Shown: positions 13,680 through 27,400 of the stretch, in pieces | Numbering within the stretch: position 1 is the first letter of the stretch | Layout: the number at the start of each line of letters is the position of its first letter | Assembly: GCA_964187785.1 (NCBI GenBank) | Contig: OZ076409.1 | Location: forward strand, 54,438,001 to 54,502,000 | Source: Amphiscolops sp. MND2022 | Lineage: Eukaryota | Length of the DNA: 64,000 nucleotides | Reading direction: 5' to 3' | The notes under the pieces: generated by a model | Database searches by the model: none | Told to the model about the DNA's origin: nothing | What the model saw: the letters and a program-made list of their open reading frames with translations, nothing else | Translations under genes and position numbers: made by a program

Positions 13680-14727
13680 TAGGGTCCTTCTTCATTTTTA
13701 AAATATTTTGAAACAAACCTAACTTTCAAAAAGCACAAAGGCATTTTATAATTCTCGCGCCATTGTGAGATTTGTCAGAATGAATATTGTTTCTCTTAAA
13801 ATTAGGTCCTGAGCGCCTTTTTTCTAAATTGTTTTTATCGAAGCCCCCTCGTTTTCACTAGAAACTAAACGTTCGCGAGCATAAAGAACTTTTTAGGGTT
13901 TTCCGCACTATGCAACTTACCGGAGATATTATTTGAAACAACTTTTAAAATTTTGTTCTTCATTGTTTCGTTTTTTTTGAGAGGTATTAGGTTAAGCATA
14001 TTGGGTTTTTAAAAATTTTTTACTTAGTAAAAAAGTAGTTTTCGAGCCTTATGCGTATCTCATCGGGTATTTTTGACACTGTAAAAGTGATGAAATTTTA
14101 ACATTAGTGTCTTTTTGCATATTTAAAAACTTTACTCTGTTGAACCTTGAGCGGGCGCTGACCCGGGCGTTTCCGGCTTGTTGTTGTTTCTGTTCATTTC
14201 TCTCTGAAACGCTTTCTTTTCCTGCTTTATTTATTTTGCAAAACTTCATCTCTCACTTCTGTTTTGCCCGAAAACATCCCAAAATAGGGCAGAAGCTGCA
14301 AACAAAACATTCGCCTTGAGAATACTTTGACACTTTTTGTTTCAACGCAATTTTTGATAAAGAAACTAGTAGTCAACGATGGTGTTCAATTTTTTTGGCA
14401 TTTTTCTCATTGTTTTCCGCGACTTTCATTGCAAGAACTTTGAGTCGTTTTTTCTTTCAAAAAACATGCCCTGTTATTAAATTCAGAGCCCGTCTGTGAA
14501 GTTCGGTCTTTTCTAAAAAAAAAAACATTTTTTCTATATTTTTCTTTTGAAGTTGCTCCTTGAGGTCAAAAAATGAACCTTGTTATTTTCCGACACACAT
14601 TTTCAACGGGGAGGAAAATCATCACCTGTGTTGCGTTTTTTTCCCAAATTCTGCCAAATCTCCACGCTCCATCACTTGACTATAGTCACTTGTCTATTTA
14701 GTTACTTGACAATTTTAGTAGGAGGGG

Positions 14728-14928
14728 GGAATAAGATCTAAAGTCAAAAAAGGAATAAGATCCAAAGGGAACAAGATCTGAAATTTCAGGACGAGTATAA
14801 AATCTGATGGGAATAAGATCTAAAGTAAAAATGGGATTAAGATCCAAATTGAATAAGATCTAAACTTTCAGGACGGGAATAAGATCTAAAGGGAATAAGA
14901 TCTAAAATCACTAAATTTTAGATCTTAT
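14728..14928. repeat. Array of GGAATAAGATC(T/C)AAA motifs (second copy ~18610-18811)
   Basis: About nine irregularly spaced units, followed by one inverted unit TTTAGATCTTATT. Confidence 0.8.
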
Positions 14929-15303
14929 TATATGGATCCTATTCCCCTTCCAAAATAGCGTTGGCTCAAGTGATGAAGGCGAAAAGGGAGGAAAATATCC
15001 CGGTGCTTAGCGGGCGTCTTGTTTGTATTCCAACGCTGTAAATAACAACAAGCCCTTGTGGGACACGGCAACAGTTTCGCTTCAGGCTGCAATAACTATT
15101 AACTTTGATGTTCAAAAATAAAAAAACATCTGAAATAACAATGTATTCCTGTCATTTCATTCAATACAATTGTTTACTGTACCATTTTACAACGCTTTTC
15201 ATTCGCCTTGAACTACTGAAAACAACTACTACGCGTATGCGACGTTTCGCATTCGAATCGGGATGCAGTCGAAGCTCCCGGCATACGAATAATTAGCAGT
15301 CGT

Positions 15304-16219
15304 TGTTACGACTTGTAAATGGGTCGCTGTTTAAAGAAGTGTTTATTTTACCCATCTAGTTGGGGTCTAGAAACTCCTAGAATCGTCTTCAATAATATCT
15401 TCACATTCGTCTTTATTTTCGCCTCAATTTCAGCAACTCTTTCTGGAACTCCAACAAAAACCCTTAACTTTCTGACGTAACCTCTTCCTCCAAAGATGCT
15501 CTCAAACCTTTTCGAGCGGCATTTTCAATTCTAGGGGACTTAGTGTTAGGAGGACCCGAAATCACTACGTCCTGCTCATTTGGCTCTTTATTTTGTACCA
15601 AAATTGGTGAAACAAAGGTTTCGCTTTCGTTCTCGGTGCTTTCTTGCTGGTTGTTTCCTCTTTTTTGGCTTCTTGTGGACATTTCGTTGAAACGATTTTG
15701 ATTTTGTCAAATTTAATTGAAGTTTTCAAAGTTTTGATGTTTTATTGTTTGAGTTTAGCTATAGAGGTATCGCAAATTGAATGAATGAAATTCACAAACC
15801 TAAAGTATATATACCTTCCTAGCATCATTTGATCACGATAGAACACCCAACTGTTCCTCGAACAATTAGTCATTTCCTGTGAATTCAGGGGAATTTTCCT
15901 CTAAGTCCCTAAATTTGCGTCGTAATTTCGTCACTCAAAAAAAACTTTTATATTCGATCAGGCGTAATAAAAATAGGTCAAAGCAACGTCAACATTTTTT
16001 AAAACTGGTTGGTAATCCAGAAATTATAACACCAATAATGAATAACGTTCTTATTGCTCAACACATGGCAGAGCAGGTGGTGAAATTCATCCTGAACTGG
16101 TAGCAACAAACAATATTCAACTGGCAACAGACATCAAAATGATCACAACAAAATATTTGTCACTTAGCTTTATATTGAATGACGACGTGATGACGTCAAT
16201 TTAGAGAAGCAATATTACA
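15304..16219 (-). mobile_element. LTR-like fragment with gag-N-like ORF (duplicated at ~19187-20102)
   Basis: TG...CA bounded segment containing MSTRSQKR... (15464-15682), similar in character to the LTR-encoded MPSTRRQK Gag start. No TSD found. Confidence 0.45.
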
Positions 16220-16938
16220 AGATCAGTTATCAAAATCCCAGTTGACTTGCTCAAGGAGACAAAGATTTGCCTTGAATGGTCGGTGTTGCCATTTTCGTTT
16301 TTATTTTTTTCTGTCAAAGTCGTTGTCTCGAGACCAGTCCAACTTTTTTCAGCTACTGCCAAACAATTGCACAAATCCTAACAGAAGGGAATCGAAGGAG
16401 GTTTGTGATTATTTCTAAAAAAAACCTAATGCTCTAATCATTACACCGTGATCTGAAAAAACTAAAAATTTTGTCACTATGTGGAAAATTTAAAACATTT
16501 AAACAATGACAATTTTTTTAATGCAGTTTCGTTTGCTCGATTGAATTTTTGAACATCAGTGGAACTTCATACCCGCGGAAAAATCAAACAACATCTTCAT
16601 CAATTCAAGTTCGAACAGCTGTTTTTTAGTAGGCGCTTTTCGATCAAGTAAAAGTGCAAGACTTTTACAGTGACTAGTTTTTTGTCAGTCTCACTCTGAA
16701 CGGTCTACTCTTATGATACGGTGCACTTTTCCGACAACTACTTAGTATTTAATTCTAAACGCATCCAAAGCCTCTAACAAGAAATACCAAACCATTCCAA
16801 AGCAAAAGGGTCCCCCTTTCCTCTTTGTTCGGCACTATGATACTTTTTGGAAATTTTTCATATTTTTTCTCAGGTCCCCTTTCAATTTTTCCGGCGTTGT
16901 GGTACTTTTTTTCCCAAAAATTTGTCCATGTCTCCATA

Positions 16939-17570
16939 CCCTAGTTGAAAAAAGTACAAAACTTTCAAGAATCTTGCAAGACAATGCATTTTTCTGGCAG
17001 GTTTCTTGCCAGATTCTTGCAAGATATACCTCATATTGCAAGATATACGTCATCTTGCAAGATTCTTACTAGATAAAACTTTAGCTTGCAAGATTCTTGC
17101 AAGACAAACACTTCTTTTGCAAGAATCTTGCAAGATATGCCATTTCTAGATTGTGTTCAGCATGTTCCAAAAAGTCCTCGTAGCAAGCTTCAGCCTCGTA
17201 CAAACAAGCAGGTGCACAAAAAAGCTTCATTCACAATAATACATCAAATGAATGAGCACAAAAACCATGATGGATGTCTCTCGAAGTCCAATCTACAAAT
17301 CGACCTACAAATGAAAAAAGGACCTCGAAAAGAGACATTTGATTGGTTTAGATCTTATTCCGTTAGATTTTATTCCCCCTCTCCGGGAAAAGCCCTTTTT
17401 CTATCATTGTATCCGGCACTATTGAGCCCAGACATAGTCTCGACTATGGGAATAGTACCGGAACAGTTATTCTGACCATAACCCAATGCTCATGGGCATA
17501 ATTGATACAAAATACACTTAAATGTGATAGGAAATACAAGCAACTAGATTTCCCTACTCAAATTCAAAAT
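16939..17570. mobile_element. Truncated copy of the TCTTGCAAGA MITE (right end deleted)
   Basis: Left TIR and subterminal repeats are present; the right TIR is removed by the deletion in duplication copy 2. Confidence 0.8.
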
Positions 17571-20500
17571 TCCTCTTCATTTTTAAAATATTTTGAAACA
17601 AACTTAACTTTCAAAAAGCACAAAGGCATTTTATAATTCTCGCGCCATTGTGAGATTTGTCAGAATGAATATTGTTTCTCTTAAAATTAGGTCCTGAGCG
17701 CCTTTTTTCTAAATTGTTTTTATCGAAGCCCCCTCGTTTTCACTAGAAACTAAACGTTCGCGAGCATAAAGAACTTTTTAGGGTTTTCCGCACTATGCGA
17801 CTTACCGGAGATATTATTAGAAACAACTTTTAAAATTTTGTTCTTCATTGTTTCGTTTTTTTTGAGAGGTATTAGGTTAAGCATATTGGGTTTTTAAAAA
17901 TTTTTTACTTAGTAAAAAAGTAGTTTTCGAGCCTTATGCGTATCTCATCGTGTATTTTTGACACTGTAAAAGTGATGAAATTTTAACATTAGTGTCTTTT
18001 TGCATATTTAAAAACTTTACTCTGTTGAACCTTGAGCGGGCGCTGACCCGGGCGTTTCCGGCTTGTTGTTGTTTCTGTTCATTTCTCTCTGAAACGCTTT
18101 CTTTTCCTGCTTTATTTATTTTGCAAAACTTCATCTCTCACTTCTGTTTTGCCCGAAAACATCCCAAAATAGGGCAGAAGCTGCAAACAAAACATTCGCC
18201 TTGAGAATACTTTGACACTTTTTGTTTCAACGCATTTTTTGATAAAGAAACTAGTAGTCAACGATGGTGTTCAATTTTTTTGGCATTTTTCTCATTGTTT
18301 TCCGCGACTTTCATTGCAAGAACTTTGAGTCGTTTTTTCTTTCAAAAAACATGCCCTGTTATTAAATTCAGAGCCCGTCTGTGAAGTTCGGTCTTTTCTA
18401 AAAAAAAACATTTTTTCTATATTTTTCTTTTGAAGTTGCTCCTTGAGGTCAAAAAATGAACCTTGTTATTTTCCGACACACATTTTCGACGGGGAGGAAA
18501 ATCATCACCTGTGTTGCGTTTTTTTCCCAAATTCTGCCAAATCTCCACGCTCCATCACTTGACTATAGTCACTTGTCTATTTAGTTACTTGACAATTTTA
18601 GTAGGATGGGGGAATAAGATCTAAAGTCAAAAAAGGAATAAGATCCAAAGGGAACAAGATCTGAAATTTCAGGACGAGTATAAAATCTGATGGGAATAAG
18701 ATCTAAAGTAAAAATGGGATTAAGATCCAAATTGAATAAGATCTAAACTTTCAGGACGGGAATAAGATCTAAAGGGAATAAGATCTAAAATCACTAAATT
18801 TTAGATCTTATTATATAGATCCTATTCCCCTTCCAAAATAGCGTTGGCTCAAGTGATGAAGGCGAAAAGGGAGGAAAATATCCCGGTGCTTAGCGGGCGT
18901 CTTGTTTGTATTCCAACGCTGTAAATAACAACAAGCCCTTGTGGGACACGGCAACAGTTTCGCTTCAGGCTGCAATAACTATTAACTTTGATGTTCAAAA
19001 ATAAAAAAACATCTGAAATAACAATGTATTCCTGTCATTTCATTCAATACAATTGTTTACTGTACCATTTTACAACGCTTTTCATTCGCCTTGAACTACT
19101 GAAAACAACTACTACGCGTATGCGACGTTTCGCATTCGAATCGGGATGCAGTCGAAGCTCCCGGCATACGAATAATTAGCAGTCGTTGTTACGACTTGTA
19201 AATGGGTCGCTGTTTAAAGAAGTGTTTATTTTACCCATCTAGTTGGGGTCTAGAAACTCCTAGAATCGTCTTCAATAATATCTTCACATTCGTCTTTATT
19301 TTCGCCTCAATTTCAGCAACTCTTTCTGGAACTCCAACAAAAACCCTTAACTTTCTGACGTAACCTCTTCCTCCAAAGATGCTCTCAAACCTTTTCGAGC
19401 GGCATTTTCAATTCTAGGGGACTGAGTGTTAGGAGGACCCGAAATCACTACGTCCTGCTCATTTGGCTCTTTATTTTGTACCAAAATTGGTGAAACAAAG
19501 GTTTCGCTTTCGTTCTCGGTGCTTTCTTGCTGGTTGTTTCCTCTTTTTTGGCTTCTTGTGGACATTTCGTTGAAACGATTTTGATTTTGTCAAATTTAAT
19601 TGAAGTTTTCAAAGTTTTGATGTTTTATTGTTTGAGTTTAGCTATAGAGGTATCGCAAATTGAATGAATGAAATTCACAAACCTAAAGTATATACACCTT
19701 CCTAGCATCATTTGATCACGATAGAACACCCAACTGTTCCTCGAACATTTAGTCATTTCCTGTGAATTCAGGGGAATTTTCCTCTAAGTCCCTAAATTTG
19801 CGTCGTAATTTCGTCACTCAAAAAAAACTTTTATATTCGATTAGGCGTAATAAAAATAGGTCAAAGCAACGTCAACATTTTTTAAAACTGGTTGGTAATC
19901 CAGAAATTATAACACCAATAATGAATAACGTTCTTATTGCTCAACACATGGCAGAGCAGGTGGTGAAATTCATCCTGAACTGGTAGCAACAAACGATATT
20001 CAACTGGCAACAGACATCAAAATGATCACAACAAAATATTTGTCACTTAGCTTTATATTGAATGACGACGTGATGACGTCAATTTAGAGAAGCAATATTA
20101 CAAGATCAGTTATCAAAATTGAGTGCAATGTTTTAAACGTATGAAAATGTCCTTGGTAATGAAAAAATAAATCTGTCTCGTTTCATTGCAATTCCAGACT
20201 GTGACTTTCAACAAGATTCTATGAAAATTTCTGCACTTCGTAATACGATCTTTTGGTGATCTTATTTCCTGTTCGATTGCTTTCAATCCTTGCCGACGTA
20301 ACCCAGACGTAGAATTAGGAATTCCTGGTCTTCAGAGTGATGGCACAATGGTTATAAACAAGATTTCTCTTAAGCTTCCCTACCAAAATTGTTCAACTTT
20401 TCAAGTTTAATACCGCTTGAAAGCTTTTTTTCATAAGTTTGTGACGTAGAGTTGACAAGTTTTATTTGCAAGTTTGGCTAGCTGCCTAGTTTGACGAGAT

Positions 20501-23500
20501 GCTGATAAGTATTTTGGAATGAAATTCAGCTAGCCTCCATAAAAGTGACGTAGTGTTGACCTCACAGGTCTTACGCGTACCGATATTAGCTGCCGCGGCC
20601 ATATTTGTTTACTTAACGACAAGTATTTGTCTCATTTCGCATTAATTGCTCTTCTAAGAGCAATGAAGCTGCCTTTTTTCAGAAATGCGTAGTTCTTTTA
20701 ATGTGTGTCTCAAATATGTTTTCTGTTGTAGATCAGTATATGCTCTTACTTTAAAAGAAACTATATCTGTAATTTTAAATTAGATTAGATTAGTTTAAAT
20801 CCAGATTTCAGGTTGAGAATATCCATAAATTGACGTGGCTTAAACATCTTGGCAGAATTGTGTGAAATCATTTCAATCTGTTTGGTTTTGATGTACATTC
20901 ACGTTTTAGATCCGTTCAATTTTGGTATTCATTTTTGTTTTTAGATTAGTTTGGAATTATACATATGTTCGATTATTAAGTCAGTGTTTACTTATTTGTT
21001 CAGAAAGTTTGTTTTAAAAGTTGAAAACCCACTTTGGGAACCTTGAGCTGCATCCGAGGCCTCTCCCAATTCCTATTCTTGTGCACCCACAAGCCAGTCC
21101 GGGCGCGGACTGTGACAGTCGTTCCCTTCGTCTCATTTGAAAACGTATAAGGTTGAACTAGCTGAGACCGGAGCAAGTCGGCGGCCTGCTCAAGTTTCTT
21201 GAATATGCAAAAGACACTATCGTCAAAATTTTACCAAAATCTCAGTGCCGAAAATACACCAAGGGATATGCACAAAACCATTTTTCCCCAACTGGAAATA
21301 CAAAAAAAAAACATTTTTGAAAATCACATCTTTTCAAAATTCATTTTTTTCGGAAACGTCTCATAGGGTCAAAATAGGAGCTTTCAGCTAGCAAAAATAC
21401 TTTTTTCAAGCGGCAATCTCCTATCGAAGTGAGGAGGGTACCCTTTGACCAAATGAATGTTTAGAAAAAAAGACGCCGAGAGCCGAAAAAAATGCTGAAA
21501 AAAGGTGTTTTCCACGATCGATAGACAGACTAATAAGTTCCGCAGGCTCAAAAGTTTATGCAATTTTCGGTGGTAATTTGGTATCATTTCGAAACTTTTT
21601 AGAAAACACTTTCTCGCAAGAAAGCTCAAATAATTCGACATTTACTTATGCTACATATGTACTAATCATTGCCTTTAAATTTTGTGGTAAATTCTCTATG
21701 TTGGGTACAAAATTGGTACGTCCTACTTGGGAAAAATGCAACAGGGCGGGGCATGTATATAAAAATTTTTTAAGGGTCAGGATGATTTTTTAACGCAATT
21801 TCATTTTCTGTTAGTTGGAAGACCAAAAGGTCATTGTCTTACTTGTCAGAGTTCCGTGAAGTGCTGATTTTGTTTGTCATTTCAACGAACAGGAATAAAG
21901 TGTAATACTTTCAAAGGATGACAAGCAAAAAATAGTCAATAACTTGGAAAGGAAGAAAAACAAGCCAGTTCAGGAATACGAAATTCGAGAAACAGGAAGC
22001 TATCAGGAAAGAGTTCTCTCTTTACTTTTGAAACCAGCCTGGATTCCTTGGAAAATGGAGGATAGCAATAAATGGAGCGAGTAGAATTCAATAATGCTAT
22101 GATTCTTGTCCTGTTCACTTCAGTTGGATATTGGAGGATGTATGAAACAGGGAAAATATTGTAAGTGGTAATGACTTGTGAAGCTTCTAAGCAATTGGGG
22201 AAGTACTAAGTAGTGAATAGTGGAAATGAGATTTCGAGATGGTTGGATGGAATGATGGTAAGTCTATTTGGGCATATACTAAAAAGGCGATGGACCTAGG
22301 TAATTTGCGCTGCGTCATCAACAAGAATCCTCTTAATAGGAAAATAATTACAAGGTACGCATTGTTAACAGTCAAATGAATACAACCAATACACGTATGA
22401 GTAAGAGATAACCCGATCGAGCTGTATTGTATGTTGTAATCTGTTAGAAAAGTATCATACTATGGTATATACTCTTTTGTATAAGATGTTTTTTTTCAGT
22501 AGTGTCGCCGTATCATTTCATCCTATTTTCCTGTTGAATTCCTTCTACCCGCGCGGCGTTTTCTACCTGGCAAAAAGCAGGAATATTGCTGGTGCGAACT
22601 ATTCGTCAAAATATGGCGGCTAACTGAAGAGCAGCTAATTTTTTTGCAATTATTTTCTTTTTTCTCAGCAGTCATTTCGTTCTCTTAACAGTTCACGGCG
22701 CTCCATTTGTTGCATTTTTTGCATTTTTACGCATATTTTTCCATTACCGTAGACGCCCGGTAGCAAAAGTCTGCACGCGAGAAACAAAGTCCACAAAATA
22801 TGAGAAAAAAGGTTACAACCGATCGCGTCGGTAAGAGTTGAACAATTTATTATAACAAAGGAAAAAACAAAAGTGTAAAATGTCGCATATCATCACTTCA
22901 CAGTATTACAAGTAATTTGTCATATAATATACTATATAAGACGTTTATCGGTAGCACACCAACAGGAAATGCACATTTTTCAATTAGATTGTCCCGTTTT
23001 ATATTTTACAAACGCAAAATAGTACCAACGTAGATATATTGCTCGTAGAACCGAAGTGCCATATTTCACTTTTATGAAAGGAGTAAAGGATTAGAGTAGA
23101 GGCGAGTAATTTTACAATTAGATAATGTGATGCATGGAATACACACGTATATGCTATGGAAATGTTGGTAAATGCTAAAACCTTGAAGGGTTTTGTGTGG
23201 AATGAGAAAATGGGAAAATGAAAAGCGAATGGAATACGAAAAAAAATAAACAGGAAATCGTTAACAATAAAAAGAAAAAAGAGTGTACCGTGGAAATACA
23301 AACAATGTGCAATGAGAGAAAATTCACACTGCAAGCTGCTTCAAAAGCTAAAGGTTCACATAGTCTCTAGGGACTTGATATGACAAATGCAAGGGCGCAA
23401 TTGTGCGAGCATTACTTGTTTTTACGACATATAATTTCCCATCCATCACCATATGTGAACAAACAACCTCTGTTGCTACCATTCTTACTGGTCGCTGCTT

Positions 23501-24412
23501 CCATGTCCAAGTCCTCTGAAGTTTCACCAATTCACAAATAACAACCAGCATGTGAAAGATGCTCTGTTTTCCAATGGTCTGACTCAAGTGCGTGATTTTT
23601 ATGATTTTTTTTAGCAGATTTAGTATAATCAATGGATGTTTGCAGTAGGGAGACTAAATTCTACTGTAGCACTTCTGCTGAGTCAATATGTGACATTACC
23701 AGACTACGCCGGAGCTATTTTGAAAAAGAAAATTGGGAAAGGCATTCTTTTTTTGCTTGCATTGTTCAAGAAAGCCTCCATCGCACGATGTTTATTACAA
23801 GGACAAGGACTGAATAACAACTCCATTTATGAATATTTTGTTGGGCGGGAAAAGTCGCAAAAGTTTCCTGCTCGAGTGCGAATTTCCCTTTGGCACTACA
23901 GGTCGGGAAAAGTTCAGCGTGCATGTGTGATACAAATTTGGTGCATTTCATAGACTTAACCAGAACATTGACAGATTATTGTTCATCTTGAAGATTTTCA
24001 TGAGAAATTTTTGACAGCCAAGTATGTGAGAAATCAAAAGACGTCTCCCGTTATAAAAAATTTAGTCCATGAATTTAATGTCAGACTTTTCAGTGACTGC
24101 TGATGATGACTGCTAACAAAGATTCGGAAAATTGCTAATACTTCGACAAATATGATTTTCGAATCGAATGACAATAGGAAAGGAGATTCTTCAATATAGT
24201 TAAAAAACCTTTTTATTTTCAGTTTGAATTTTAAAGTATTGAACTTTAACAATGCGAAACAGTGAAAAGGGTTTTAATCAAGTTTAAAGGACTTATGAAA
24301 TATCATAGTTAAGGTTTCTAGAAAATATATTCTTGTAGTCATTCTTCCTCGGCTTGATATTTTTGTTTTATGACGCTATCTTCTCTTTCAAAAGGAAGAA
24401 AATAGGTATCCG

Positions 24413-27400
24413 TGTAACGGCAGCTGGTTCCCTTCACTTGACCAAACTTAACGCAGCCCTGAATTGGGTGCTCGGATCGTTACCAAACATTGCTTGCTCC
24501 TCAGATTCAAGGGACTGAATCTTGAACTAGTGTGATAAAAAATCCCGAATTGCACTTCTTCGTTGTCTCTTAACACGTCCAACTCTCAATACGTTGAGAG
24601 TAACTAACTTAGTCGCCCTTAGTCTTTGGCGAAAAGTCGAAAAGAGGTGAAGAAATGGATTGAGAATTGAAGTGGTCCTAAGAACCAACTTGACTATAGC
24701 TATTCAGTCGTTATATCTCTATCTAGTAATGGTATATATCTGGTTGACAATTATACAGTAAATATAGAACAAAGATGAGTGGGTAACAATAAATGTCTGC
24801 AGAAGTAGACCGAGCACCAGAGTACACTACCCACCCAGGAAAGCCCAATTGAGACCACTTTGAGCACACATAGCTTTGTATAGTTCACCACCAGTGGTAA
24901 AACAACGGTCGTTGACGTGTTAGAATAGTGCATTTTTGACTGTCTACCAGTAAGATGATCATCCAGTTGTCTGCCGAATTGATGATAACCGCCCAATTCA
25001 TAATGTCCGCCTCGGCGGGCAAAATGTAACGGCTGCTTGATCCCTTCACATGACCAAACTTTACTTCGACCTGAATTCGGTGCTCCGTACTACGGATCAT
25101 TACCAAACACTGCTTGCTTCTCGGATGAAAAGGACTGTATCTTGACTTAGCGGGATCCAACGATCCCGAATTGCACTTCTTCCTTGTTACTTAACACGTC
25201 CAACTGTCCACAAATTTCGGGTAACTAACATAGTCGCCCTTAGTCGTTTGCGAAATGTCAAAAAGAGGTGAAAAAATGAAATGAGAATGAGAATTTAAGT
25301 GGTACCAAGACCCCACTTGCCAATAGCTATTAAGTCGTTAAAATCTATCTAGTTTTGTTTATATCTGGCTTACAATTCTACAGTAATCAAAGAGCAACGA
25401 AGTGGTGGATTTGGCATGGTTTTCAGGTGCGTTACGAAAGTATGTTTACTCGGTGTAAAGATCACCAATGCCACTAGCATTACACTTCTTTCAAGGTCTT
25501 ATGAGAAAATCACATAATAGGTTATGTATCAAAAATTGGTTTTCATTGCTCAAAAATTGGTTTTCAAAAATTAGGCGTTCATTGCTCTGGACCCAGGGGA
25601 GATGCGTGTTCGGGTGCCTCGAGTCAAAAGTTGGGTTTACATCTCTAGGGTGTACATGCCAAAATTGAGAGTGAGAGGATAAGCGTTTCTCATAAAAAAG
25701 TGAGTGGCCCTTTTTCACATGGGGCCATTTTTGCTAAAAGTGGTAATTTTCAACTGAAATCTGGACAATGTTTCACAGTGTTTTGAGTTATTAAAGTCAC
25801 CAGTCACGTTCAATTTTCACTCTGCTGTCTTGCAATTGACTGGCGCCAACATTGCCGGCTCTAGTTTTCTCCCCAAAAACGCTTTCATTGAAGAAATGTT
25901 CCAGTTTTATCACGGATCTCTTTAGATTGCCATCTTTTGTCATAGCTGTCGCAAGTCTAACACTGCCATCGCTTACTTCTTGCACTTCCAATATTCTTGC
26001 CATCTTGTAGTTTGACCGCTTCACATTTTCATCCTCAACACAAAACGTTAACTTTCAGCTGTCTTTATTCCATTTACTACGCAGATTCCATTCCGGCAGA
26101 TTTTCTTTAGTCCATCTGGTCCAGGACATATCCGAGTAGGCTTGCTATACTCGGAATACTCGTCTCAAGTCCGTAAAACTTTGGCTGTCTGATAGGAATG
26201 GTGTGGCTAACTTAGCTTTTCCCAATAAGGAGAATTAGGGGTCAACGCTTCTAAATCATCTGAATCGTCATTGGTCTAGCATTCAACGTCTGCTCTACCG
26301 AACACATTCTTGTTATGGGCACTTCATCTGTCAAGGATCGTCCATCCAATACAGCCAGCATTGCTGTTTTATAACTTCGAACCAATCGTTTCCAGATTCC
26401 TCCCAAATGTGGAGCTCGAGTAGGATGAAGTTTCAATTTCGATTTCTTTTTGAGCTAGAGAATCCTCAATCTCGGACCGATTCATTGCATTTATTCAATC
26501 CCTCATTTCGTTAGCTGCACTCGCGGAATTTGTGCCTTTCTCGCTCACAATTGTAGCAGTTTTGCCTCTCCGGGCAATGAACCGTGTGACAGCAGTTAAA
26601 CAGCTCTCTTCTTCCAAAGATGGAACAACTTAAATGAAGGGTGAAGAGACAGCAGCATCATCTCTTCAGGGTCTTTAACATTAACGTAACTTCAAAAAGA
26701 CCAAAACAATCAACTCTAGTGTTGGTCAATAGCAACGCCCGTTCCTGCAACCATTCTCGTAGCAAATCAACCATCAATGGTTGAGACACTCCAGCTCATT
26801 GCTTTCTACATTTTACACAGTTCGCTTTGACGTACCTCGGGAATTTCGCAATCCAATAATCCAATAATCTTGCCCCAGGCCACTACTAACGTATTCTCTT
26901 CTAAATGAAATTTCTATTGATGCGCATCTTCCATCAACTTGATGACAGCATATTGCTTTGCTGACAACAAATTTCGGTGTTTGGCCTCATAACTTGAACT
27001 TGAATGCTGCAGTAAGCCTTGTAGTCGTAGGATTTCAATTTCCGCCAGAAACGGCTATTATTTGTTCAATTGATCCGACGCCAACAACAACTGTTTCATA
27101 ACAATCTTATCGTAAATGTCAGGAAAACTTTCTTTCTGACATCGTTTCAAAATTGTCTATTTTGTCGCATTGTCCCTTCAATGATTTCTGCAACTCTATT
27201 CGCCACAACGACTGGTTGCTTTTTGTTAGCTGAATGAAGCCATTGTAGGACCGTTCTCGAATCTGTCCAATGCACTATTCGATCTATTTGAATACCATGT
27301 TGATCCAATACAAGCTTTGGGAGTCTTATTCAGAAAACTGCGACCTGCATCCCTAACTTAGCCACACGCTGTTATGTTTCGTTTTGGAGCTTCTCTACAC

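Larger units (their letters stand above)
12148..20119. repeat. Head-to-tail tandem duplication (12148-16236 and 16237-20119)
   Basis: Near-identical copies with the same ORF translations repeated. Copy 2 lacks ~205 bp corresponding to ~13482-13685. Confidence 0.95.

Noticed and set aside
14728..14928. CRISPR-like array
   Set aside because: Units are ~14 bp with short irregular spacers, there are no cas genes, and the context is eukaryotic.
21870..24240. Coding-like, partly Cys-rich fragments on both strands
   Set aside because: Frames are broken and no family motif was recognisable with confidence; possibly an old transposase relic.
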